Origin: Chloroflexota bacterium
Lineage (GTDB): Bacteria > Chloroflexota > Anaerolineae > Anaerolineales > Villigracilaceae
DNA: 33,137 bases
Direction of reading: 5' to 3'
Assembly: GCA_041157505.1 (NCBI GenBank)
Contig: JBEBCV010000133.1
Span: 1 to 33,137, forward strand
Both the position numbers and the translations under genes were made by a program. The notes under the pieces were generated by a model. The model saw only the letters and a program-made list of their open reading frames with translations, was not told where the DNA came from and did not search any database. Positions 1 to 7,557 of the stretch are shown piece after piece; the stretch's first letter is position 1, and every line of letters starts with the position of its first letter.

Positions 1-37
1 ACCCGTCTTCCATTCACTTGATGTTTTTCATCAAAAT

Positions 38-1750
38 TTACAATGCCAGGTCTGAACTCTCCACCCAGGCACTCACCTGATTCCGTCCATTTTGCTTGGA
101 TTTATACAAAGCTTTATCTGCCTTAAGAATGACATCTTCCGCTTCTTGTCCATGATCGGGATAGGTGGCCACCCCAAGCGACATTGCTACTTTTAGCGTT
201 TGCCCTTCATGCGCAATGATGATGTTTGTGCATTTGTGCAAAATATCTTCTGCCCGTTTGAGAGCAGCTTCGAGTGAGGTTCCAGGCATGACCATCAAAA
301 ACTCCTCGCCGCCATATCTGCAAATAATATCTGAACTGCGCGCATTGGCTTTCATCAGCGATCCGATCGCCACGAGAAATCTGTCACCTGCCTGATGCCC
401 ATACACGTCATTGATCATTTTGAAGTGATCGATATCAGAGACAATGATACTTAACGGCGTTTTTTCCCGCTTGGATTTATCGATCTCGCGCTGCAAGGTT
501 TCACCTAAGTAGCGTCGGTTATGCAGTCCGGTCAATGGATCTCTTAAGGTCTGCTCACGCAATTCTGCTTGAAGCTGTTCGATCTCTGTTACTTGTTTTT
601 GCAGGATGGTTTCATTTCGTTTTCGTTCTGCAACTTCATGTTCAGTGGCATCCAAGAGTTGTGAGTTGTTCAGAACAAGGGCTGCAAGCAGGGCGAAGCG
701 GGTTAATATTTTTACATCATCTTGTGAGAAGACGCGTGGAGAGTTTGTACTTGCCACTTCCAGCACACCGATGATTTCATCACCAGTCTTAATGGGAATC
801 CCGGCAACAGCGTACAGGTCTTCATTAGAGTAATCGGGGTCCCGAAATTCCCAATCGCTGTAATTCTCTACAAGGAATATGGACTTGGTCTCCCAAACAC
901 GACCAAGAACACCTCGTCCGGGTTTTGGCTCGCTCCTGCCCAGATTTTGAACAAACCCCTGTGTTGCTGCGCTTAAGGAGAGAAGGTTCTCTTTTGGCAG
1001 GAAGATAAATCCATGATTCGCATCTACCAAAAGCATGGCATATTGAACAATGTTATTCAAGAGGGTTTGAGTTGGCTGACGACCGAGGAGATCCAATGTG
1101 ATCTGGTGGAGATTGACAAGATATTCATTTTGCTGCTGAAGTTTTAGTTCCGTTTTTGTGCGTTCCCCAAGTTCCTGCCTCGCCTTTAAAAGAGAATGTT
1201 GAATGGTCCGGTAACCAACGAAAGAGGCACTGCCCACAACAGCAAAGATGGTCGTATACGTTGCCCATTGAACGATTGTGACAGAATAATTTGGTGTGGG
1301 AAGGAGACCTGCATTTTCAGCGAGGATCATACCTAATACAGCAAGCGAACTTATCGCTGTCGAAAGGATAATTCCGGGTTTTCCAAAAAGCACTCCACCC
1401 ATAATGATCAAGAATAGATAGATCGTGGTCGTAGGTGTACGAATGGTTCCCAAACTTGCGTTTGATACAGTGATCAGGATGAAACCAAAACCCAGGATCA
1501 GACTCCCCACAAGTTTTACGCGACCTTTATACAACAGATGCCGGAGAAAAAAACCAAGAACTATTGAAATTACATCAATGACCAATGTGGTTTGAGGAAT
1601 GTTTCGATCGACCAGATTTAAAACAATGACCAAAGCCGGTACCGAAATAATACCGATCAAACTGGCATTCAGTAATTGAACAGAACGAGTTTTTTCTTCA
1701 TCCCCCTCGAAAATTGGCGGGGCTAACCATTGCTTAAGGCGGGTAATCAT
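38..1750 (-). CDS. Membrane-bound sensor diguanylate cyclase (N-terminal TM helices, GAF, GGDEF)
   Basis: 570 aa. About 5 hydrophobic N-terminal helices; GAF-like middle (GRGVLGRVWE...AGIPIK...IGVLEV); C-terminal DPLTGLHNRR, DIDHFKMINDVYGH, RxxD I-site (RSSD) and RYGGEEF active motif. Confidence 0.95.
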   Translation of the reverse strand: MITRLKQWLAPPIFEGDEEKTRSVQLLNASLIGIISVPALVIVLNLVDRNIPQTTLVIDVISIVLGFFLRHLLYKGRVKLVGSLILGFGFILITVSNASLGTIRTPTTTIYLFLIIMGGVLFGKPGIILSTAISSLAVLGMILAENAGLLPTPNYSVTIVQWATYTTIFAVVGSASFVGYRTIQHSLLKARQELGERTKTELKLQQQNEYLVNLHQITLDLLGRQPTQTLLNNIVQYAMLLVDANHGFIFLPKENLLSLSAATQGFVQNLGRSEPKPGRGVLGRVWETKSIFLVENYSDWEFRDPDYSNEDLYAVAGIPIKTGDEIIGVLEVASTNSPRVFSQDDVKILTRFALLAALVLNNSQLLDATEHEVAERKRNETILQKQVTEIEQLQAELREQTLRDPLTGLHNRRYLGETLQREIDKSKREKTPLSIIVSDIDHFKMINDVYGHQAGDRFLVAIGSLMKANARSSDIICRYGGEEFLMVMPGTSLEAALKRAEDILHKCTNIIIAHEGQTLKVAMSLGVATYPDHGQEAEDVILKADKALYKSKQNGRNQVSAWVESSDLAL

Positions 1751-1824
1751 ACTCGGCTATAAACCTTGCTTCAAGAATTTGCAAAAGTATATCGTATGCA
1801 AGCGGATTTTAATAAAACTCAACC

Positions 1825-1833
1825 TGCTATAAT
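1825..1833 (+). promoter_or_regulatory. Extended -10 promoter element (TGcTATAAT) of yjbQ
   Basis: tgctataat at 1825-1833, 10 nt before ATG 1844, with no SD sequence in between. Confidence 0.65.
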
Positions 1834-1843
1834 TTCATCACCT

Positions 1844-2263
1844 ATGAACTGGCACAAAACCACCCTCGAAATTTCCACCCACGGCAAGGGACTTCACGAT
1901 ATCACCTCATCCCTCCGTACCCAGTTAAAAGAATGGGAAGTCCGCGAAGGGATGTGCTTTTTATTTCTTCAGCATACCAGCGCCTCTCTGGTCATCAGCG
2001 AGAATTGGGACCCAACCGCCCGCGCAGACTTGGAAACCTTCATGGAACGCATCGTTCCCGAACGGGACAATTGGTACACCCACGATCTCGAAGGACCCGA
2101 CGACGCGACCTCCCACATCCGCTCAATGTTGACCGATACCAGCCTCACCATCCCTGTTGATAATGGAGCTCTCTCGCTTGGCACTTGGCAGGGTGTCTAT
2201 GTCTTTGAGCATCGTGCCCGCCCACACATACGGAAGGTACTGATGCGTGTGTTGTCTGTTTAG
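1844..2263 (+). CDS. yjbQ: YjbQ/UPF0047 family protein (secondary thiamine-phosphate synthase)
   Basis: HTSASLVISEN, Y.H..EGPDD..SHIRS and LGTWQGVYVFEHR motifs. Start moved from TTG 1766 to ATG 1844 to match family length and the promoter position. Confidence 0.93.
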   Translation: MNWHKTTLEISTHGKGLHDITSSLRTQLKEWEVREGMCFLFLQHTSASLVISENWDPTARADLETFMERIVPERDNWYTHDLEGPDDATSHIRSMLTDTSLTIPVDNGALSLGTWQGVYVFEHRARPHIRKVLMRVLSV

Positions 2264-2301
2264 AAAAAAAATCGACTTGCCGAAGCAAGTCGATTTTTTT
2301 T
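2264..2301. terminator. Bidirectional intrinsic terminator
   Basis: aaaaaaaatcgacttgc-cgaa-gcaagtcgatttttttt, a perfect hairpin with A/T tracts between convergent genes. Confidence 0.9.
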
Positions 2302-2625
2302 CTAGGCTTCAATATAGAAGCGGATGCGATTCAACGTTGTCCATTCGGTGGATTTATCATCGAATTCGACTTCCACCCGGTCACCGTCAGCGCTTAAGAC
2401 CCTCACATCGTAGTATTGGTCATCTTTTGCAGATTTGCATTCCACTTCTTCATCTGCTGCAACAGCGTATTCCTCGAGATAGTCTGCTTGCGTCCACTCT
2501 TCCTCACCCGTATCAAAACGGATGAAAATATCCTCTTCTGCAATATTCAATATGGTGGCAGGATAAAAATAGTCATCCTCATCCCAGTATGCAAATACAC
2601 GATCGCCTTCGCTCCAGTATTCCAT
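2302..2625 (-). CDS. Small acidic tandem Tudor/Agenet-like domain protein
   Basis: 107 aa. Repeat 1 W.eGDRV.A.W.eD..fYPATI..I....ifirFdtGeeew; repeat 2 eeVec....DdqYY.v.V...dgdrveVeFDDkstEW. SD-like aaggatg upstream. Confidence 0.8.
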   Translation of the reverse strand: MEYWSEGDRVFAYWDEDDYFYPATILNIAEEDIFIRFDTGEEEWTQADYLEEYAVAADEEVECKSAKDDQYYDVRVLSADGDRVEVEFDDKSTEWTTLNRIRFYIEA

Positions 2626-2662
2626 GTAAACATCCTTTTCTTTATAGACTCGCGGCTTCGAT

Positions 2663-2698
2663 AAAAAAGAAGCCGGATGAATTTTATCACCCGGCTTC
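2663..2698 (-). terminator. Intrinsic terminator downstream of the arcE-like gene
   Basis: Minus strand gaagccgggtga-taaaat-tcatccggcttc followed by tttttt. Confidence 0.8.
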
Positions 2699-2719
2699 GT
2701 ATTCTACTAATGTGCTAAT

Positions 2720-4042
2720 TTACTTCTTTATACCAAATTTCTTCATCAACACGTCTTTTAACGTAGGCACGCCGATTTCCTGCAATTCATAGCGGACTCT
2801 CTGGCTCGGCTTGTTGATCTTGATCACGCGGCTTAGGTCGATCGGGGTACCGATCACGACCATATCCACATCCGACTTATTGATGGTCTCTTCAAGTTCG
2901 CGGGTCTGTTTGTCACCATAGCCCATCGCAGGGAGGATGGCGCCAGTCTTCGGGTATTTCTCGAAGGTCTTGGCGATCGAACCCACCGCGAATGGACGCG
3001 GGTCAACGATCTCTTTTGCGCCGAAACGGCGAGCGGCAACATAACCAGCACCGTATGCCATTTCACCGTGAGTAAGGGTCGGACCATCTTCCACGACCAA
3101 AACACGTTTGCCAAAGATGGCATCGGGATCATCCACGAAGAGGGGGGAGGCGCCTTCAATTTGTACTGCAGTCGGGTTTAATTTGCGGAGAGACTCGCGC
3201 ACTTTGATAACGGATTCAGCGTCGGCGGTGTCGACTTTGTTGATGACAAAACAATCTGCCATGCGCACGTTGGTTTCGCCGGGGTAGTAGGTGGATTCGT
3301 GTCCGGGGCGATGCGGGTCAGCGACCACGATCTGATAATCGGGCACGTAGAACGGGAAGTCGTTGTTACCGCCATCCCACAGAATGATGTCCGCTTCGGC
3401 TTCGGCTTTGCGGATGATCTTTTCATAATCGACACCGGCATAGATGATCACGCCGCTGTCGATGTGCGGTTCGTATTCTTCGCGTTCTTCAATGGTGCAT
3501 TGATATTCGTCGAGATCGTCATAAGAAGCATAGCGTTGCACTTCCTGTGCGACGAGATTTCCATACGGCATGGGGTGACGGATCGCGGCGACCTTGTAGC
3601 CCATCTCTTGTAAGACGGCAGCCACGCGCCTCGTTGTCTGACTTTTGCCAGATCCCGTCCGAACAGCGCTGATCGACACGACCGGCTTGTTCGACTTGAT
3701 CTGGGTATTCTTCGTGCCCATAATGCGGAAGTCTGCACCGGCGGCATTGACCATGCTGGCTTTGTGCATCACATATTCATGCGGCACATCACTGTAAGAG
3801 AAGACGACCTGTTCTGCGCCATACTTCTTGATGAGGTCGAGCAGTTCCTCCTCGGCTCGGATGGGGATTCCGCTCGGGTACAGCGAACCAGCCAACTCTT
3901 TCGGATAGACGCGTCCTTCAATGTCGGGGATCTGGGTGGCGGTGAAGGCTACAACTTCGTAATCCTTATTCCCGCGGAAGAAGGTGTTGAAGTTGTGAAA
4001 ATCGCGCCCTGCGGCGCCCATGATGATGGTTTTGATCGGCAT
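2720..4042 (-). CDS. arcE: COG2403 P-loop ligase, arginine synthetase (ArcE)-like; often annotated cyclic 2,3-diphosphoglycerate synthetase-like or predicted GTPase
   Basis: 440 aa. GAAGRDFHNFN, VAFTATQIP, AVRTGSGKSQT (P-loop), RHPMPYG, TIEEREEYEP, WDGGNND, VEDGPTLTHG and LPAMGY motifs match the family of the Thermococcus arginine synthetase as recalled from memory. SD aggag upstream. Confidence 0.8.
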   Translation of the reverse strand: MPIKTIIMGAAGRDFHNFNTFFRGNKDYEVVAFTATQIPDIEGRVYPKELAGSLYPSGIPIRAEEELLDLIKKYGAEQVVFSYSDVPHEYVMHKASMVNAAGADFRIMGTKNTQIKSNKPVVSISAVRTGSGKSQTTRRVAAVLQEMGYKVAAIRHPMPYGNLVAQEVQRYASYDDLDEYQCTIEEREEYEPHIDSGVIIYAGVDYEKIIRKAEAEADIILWDGGNNDFPFYVPDYQIVVADPHRPGHESTYYPGETNVRMADCFVINKVDTADAESVIKVRESLRKLNPTAVQIEGASPLFVDDPDAIFGKRVLVVEDGPTLTHGEMAYGAGYVAARRFGAKEIVDPRPFAVGSIAKTFEKYPKTGAILPAMGYGDKQTRELEETINKSDVDMVVIGTPIDLSRVIKINKPSQRVRYELQEIGVPTLKDVLMKKFGIKK

Positions 4043-4243
4043 AGGAAACTCCTGTGCATGTCATGGTGAGGACTTAGTCCGAAGAGACTCGGGGTGGGAT
4101 TTGAGCTTTCCGTTTTTACCCACAATGACATTTACGATAGTTAATATCTAATCTAAAAGAAATTGTCTCGCTGGTGAAGTAACGTTTAGCCCTATTTTGA
4201 TGTGACAGATATTTGTCCCGTTTTGCGGTTTTGTCCGTTTTCT

Positions 4244-4261
4244 CTGTGAATGCATTTACAA
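4244..4261. promoter_or_regulatory. Near-palindromic operator, Rex-box-like
   Basis: cTGTGAA-TGCA-TTtACAA versus Rex consensus TTGTGAA-N4-TTCACAA (2 mismatches), in the divergent arcE/ECF intergenic region. Confidence 0.35.
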
Positions 4262-4289
4262 AGGTACCCTCGCGAGAGAAAGGAACTGC

Positions 4290-4853
4290 ATGTTAGGATT
4301 TGAAGCAGTAAAGACGAAACCAATGAGTCAAGACGAACTCCCCGATCTGATCGCCGCCGCGAAAGGCGACCCGGCTGCGTTCGGCAGGTTGTACGACCGT
4401 TATCTGCAACCTGTCTATCGCTACCTGTATAGCCGCTTGGGTGATACTCATTCTGCAGAAGATGTCACGTCGCAGACGTTCATCACTGCGTATGAGGCGT
4501 TGCCCAAATATCGGGAGCAGGGTCAGTTCACGGCTTGGTTGTTCAGAATCGCCCGCAGCAAGATGTACGACCACTTGCGCAGAAGCAAGCGTGAGGTCGG
4601 GTTGGAGGCGGCGGGGGAGTTGCTCGAGCGTGAAGATGCGCTTGGGACGTTGATCCGTGCCGAAGAGTTGAGCAAGGTCCGTTTCCTTATCAAGCAATTG
4701 AACGAAGAAGAACAGGACTTGATCCGCTTGCGATATGTGGCTGATCTAACGTTTGTTGAAATCGCCGACCTGCTTGGCAAGCGCGAAGACGCCGTCAAAA
4801 AGACTCTGTACCGTTTGCTGGCACGATTGAAGAGCCAGATGGAGTGTCCATGA
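4290..4853 (+). CDS. ECF (sigma-70 group 4) RNA polymerase sigma factor
   Basis: 187 aa. GD..AFGRLYDRY, AEDVTSQTF and FTAWLFRIAR (region 2); IRLRY..DLTF.EIA.LLG..E.AVK..LYR (region 4). SD aagga. Confidence 0.93.
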   Translation: MLGFEAVKTKPMSQDELPDLIAAAKGDPAAFGRLYDRYLQPVYRYLYSRLGDTHSAEDVTSQTFITAYEALPKYREQGQFTAWLFRIARSKMYDHLRRSKREVGLEAAGELLEREDALGTLIRAEELSKVRFLIKQLNEEEQDLIRLRYVADLTFVEIADLLGKREDAVKKTLYRLLARLKSQMECP

Positions 4854-6370
4854 GTGATTTGAATTCCTCCCCCGAATTTGAAGAGAAGGTTCGCAAGGCA
4901 ATGCAAACGCCCGAAGCGAACCCTGAATTTGCAAAACGATTACGCAATGAACTGGTACGGAAACCGGTACAAATGAAAACAAGATTTTTTAAACCTGCCT
5001 GGTCTGTGGCATTCGTGTTGGCGCTGGCAGTGATCGTGGTCAGTGTGCCGGGTCTTGCCGCAGCATTAGGACGTGTGTTTGGTTACGTGCCTGAGATCGG
5101 CTTGGTGGAAACAACCAATGGCTTGCGCATGTTGGCAGAACCTGTTTCGTCAACTCGCGATGGCGTGACGATTACGATCACGAATGTATTTGCTTATTGC
5201 GATCATATTGAATTGCAATATGAAGTGAGCGGTATTCCTTCTGAAGATGACGGCTGGCAGTCTAATGATGCATCGTCGAACCCGACTGCATTTTGCGGTG
5301 GCGTGAATCCTGGCAGTACATATAACAAAGCGGGCGATGCGCGTTTGCGTCTGCCCGATGGCACGGTGCTTGAACGCGATTACACCGGCAAGTATCCGCA
5401 GAATGTGTTTGCGATGCAGCCTGTTTATGATGGCGCGCTTCCGGCGGGGGTCACTTCTCTTACCTTCGTGCTCGACTGTATTCCGCAAGCCCGCCTCGGC
5501 GTTGTGCCTGAACATTGGGAACTCGCGCTTGATCTTGTGGAGGTCCCGGCTGGAACAATAGTGGGCGAGCCTGTGATTGAAGTGACTCAACCTGTTGTGA
5601 CTGAAGAAGTGCCCGCTTCTGTCTCAGCCGAAACTGTATCTGCTCCCAAAGTGACTATGACCCTCGAGCGGATCATCCCCACTGATACCAACACGGTTAT
5701 CTATTTTCATCTCAACATGGAGAACGCCGATCCGTCTCTGGTCTCCATCATGCCGCGCAATGTTTATGTGATCGACTCGCTTGGTCAACAGTTTCACATG
5801 GTTGGCTCATTTGTCTGGCAGCCGTTCGAGCATAAAGTGGGTAGCGCCTTTGAATTTGTCAGCGAAGGCAAACCTGCGCCCGGTCCCTTGACCGTGGTGG
5901 TCGATGAAATGACAGCCTACTATATGCCCATGTATGTTGACCCTCCGCAAGCGACTCCTGAAGAAATGACCTTCACCTTTGATGTGGGTGAAAATCCGCA
6001 ATATGGTCAGAAATGGGATTTGAACATTCCCTTTACCATCGCCGGGTACGACTTTGAGATCGTCTCTGCTCAGGCTTCGAACTATGACGATGTGGCGAAA
6101 ATCCATGATTATGTAGACGGCTCACAGGGATATGAGTATGGCTATCAGTTTATCGTTGCCGTCGACCCGTCTTTGGAACTCTTGGTTGAAATGGACATTC
6201 GAAGTGACGAGTATCAATGCTGGCTGTCGGATGTCAACAAAGTGGAAGCACAGCCTTTGATCTATACCCAACTATGTAAAAACGGGTATCCGAAAGGACA
6301 GGTTTCTGTCACCATCCGTGAAATGTCCATTACGTTGGATGATGATGTTCAAGCCGAATGGATACCATAG
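4850..6370 (+). CDS. Probable anti-sigma factor, single TM with a large extracytoplasmic domain (DUF4179-like)
   Basis: ATGA overlap with the sigma stop codon (ATG 4850, SD ggag). Short cytoplasmic P.ANPEFAKRLR.EL segment, TM helix (WSVAFVLALAVIVVSV), then S.T.DGVTITI..V beta-rich repeats. Confidence 0.7.
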   Translation: MSDLNSSPEFEEKVRKAMQTPEANPEFAKRLRNELVRKPVQMKTRFFKPAWSVAFVLALAVIVVSVPGLAAALGRVFGYVPEIGLVETTNGLRMLAEPVSSTRDGVTITITNVFAYCDHIELQYEVSGIPSEDDGWQSNDASSNPTAFCGGVNPGSTYNKAGDARLRLPDGTVLERDYTGKYPQNVFAMQPVYDGALPAGVTSLTFVLDCIPQARLGVVPEHWELALDLVEVPAGTIVGEPVIEVTQPVVTEEVPASVSAETVSAPKVTMTLERIIPTDTNTVIYFHLNMENADPSLVSIMPRNVYVIDSLGQQFHMVGSFVWQPFEHKVGSAFEFVSEGKPAPGPLTVVVDEMTAYYMPMYVDPPQATPEEMTFTFDVGENPQYGQKWDLNIPFTIAGYDFEIVSAQASNYDDVAKIHDYVDGSQGYEYGYQFIVAVDPSLELLVEMDIRSDEYQCWLSDVNKVEAQPLIYTQLCKNGYPKGQVSVTIREMSITLDDDVQAEWIP

Positions 6371-6426
6371 GAGCTTTATACCATTTAGGCAAATTACTTT
6401 CGATGTTAGAAGCTTTGCAGGAGAAA

Positions 6427-6786
6427 ATGATGAATAAAAGTTTGATACTCTTTTTTCTGCCTTTCATGGTCGTTGCCTGCGGATCGAAAGGTGATGAAGT
6501 GCCAGCTATTCTTCTTACCCCGCCTGCCATTGTTGTAGAGGCTTCACGAGATAACTGTCCCTCTATAGGAGCAAAAGTAGGGATGACCATCGCTTGGAAA
6601 AATGTCGACACGGTGTCTCTGCCGATAAAGATCGAATTCTTGGGTGAAAATGGAAAGGTTACTGACATGGGATTGTCGGTGATTGACCCTGAAACCGTGT
6701 TCTCAACACAATTTCAAGAAGCCGGGGTTTATCATGTTTACTGCACTGAAAATGCTGACACATATTCAACGATTACGGTGAAATAA
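6427..6786 (+). CDS. Lipoprotein with a cupredoxin-like fold lacking copper ligands
   Basis: SD aggag at 6419, lipobox VVAC, VGMTIAWKNVD and F.EAGVYHVYC segments typical of plastocyanin-like folds; His/Met ligands absent. Confidence 0.6.
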   Translation: MMNKSLILFFLPFMVVACGSKGDEVPAILLTPPAIVVEASRDNCPSIGAKVGMTIAWKNVDTVSLPIKIEFLGENGKVTDMGLSVIDPETVFSTQFQEAGVYHVYCTENADTYSTITVK

Positions 6787-6835
6787 AAAAAACTCCCCAT
6801 ACGCCTGCAAGAATATATGCAGGTGTATGGGGAGT
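6785..6835 (-). terminator. Intrinsic terminator (bioY; possibly bidirectional)
   Basis: actccccatacgcctgca...tgcaggtgtatggggagt long stem with an adjacent A-tract, which reads as a U-tract on the minus strand. Confidence 0.85.
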
Positions 6836-6872
6836 AAATAATTGGCTTATTCTACGTGTGTGATGTTTTCAG

Positions 6873-7445
6873 CTATCGAACGAATTTCCAAGCTGCAGGT
6901 AATGCTACTGCGGCCGCGACTAACTTGATGACATCGCCAACTACGAATGGCAGTAATCCTAATTCAATAGCTTTGCCGAAACTACCGACAACTGTGCTAA
7001 GCCATGTGACGCCAAAGACATAGATGATAATGGTGCCGACCAAAAATGGAACGATGGAAGTCTTGAAACTGCGTTCCATGCCGCGTTCTGCGAGCATACC
7101 AACGACATATGCCGCCACGATGAAGCCAGCGAGATAACCAGCAGTTGCGCCGGTGAGGATTCCAAATCCGCTGGCGCCGCCTGCAAAGAAGGGCAACCCC
7201 ACCGCGCCTTGGGCAATGTAGGCGAGCATGGCCGCCGCTCCACGTTTGGAGCCAAGTAACGCTCCGACGAGCAGCACGGCAAACGTCTGCCCGGTAATAG
7301 GGACAGGTGAGAAGGGCAGGGGAATTTCAATTTGAGCAAAAAGCGCGATCAGCCATGAGCCAAGTAACACAAGGGTGATATTGCGCACGGTCTCTGAAAC
7401 ATTTGGGAAGGTACGGTTGTAAATTGTTGGGGCAAGGGTGGTCAT
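6873..7445 (-). CDS. bioY: Biotin transporter BioY (ECF S-component)
   Basis: PFSPVPITGQTFAVLL.GALLG, Y...G.vGLPFFAGG, G.T.GYLAGF and PFVVGD.IK motifs. Start ATG 7445 is preceded by SD aggag. Confidence 0.95.
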   Translation of the reverse strand: MTTLAPTIYNRTFPNVSETVRNITLVLLGSWLIALFAQIEIPLPFSPVPITGQTFAVLLVGALLGSKRGAAAMLAYIAQGAVGLPFFAGGASGFGILTGATAGYLAGFIVAAYVVGMLAERGMERSFKTSIVPFLVGTIIIYVFGVTWLSTVVGSFGKAIELGLLPFVVGDVIKLVAAAVALPAAWKFVR

Positions 7446-7557
7446 ATAAAATCTATCTCCTAAGTGGAATGTCAATATCTATAACACAAAAATACGCGTG
7501 AAGATTTGGAAGGGGATTAATGTCATTCCTTTTGCGGTGTAAGACAACATGCCTTCT

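Noticed and set aside
7470-7486. Possible biotin regulator site upstream of bioY (ATATCTATAA, BioR-like)
   Set aside because: Short AT-rich match with a mismatch that coincides with the probable -10 region; no BirA-type TGTAAAC-N-GTTTACA pair is visible.
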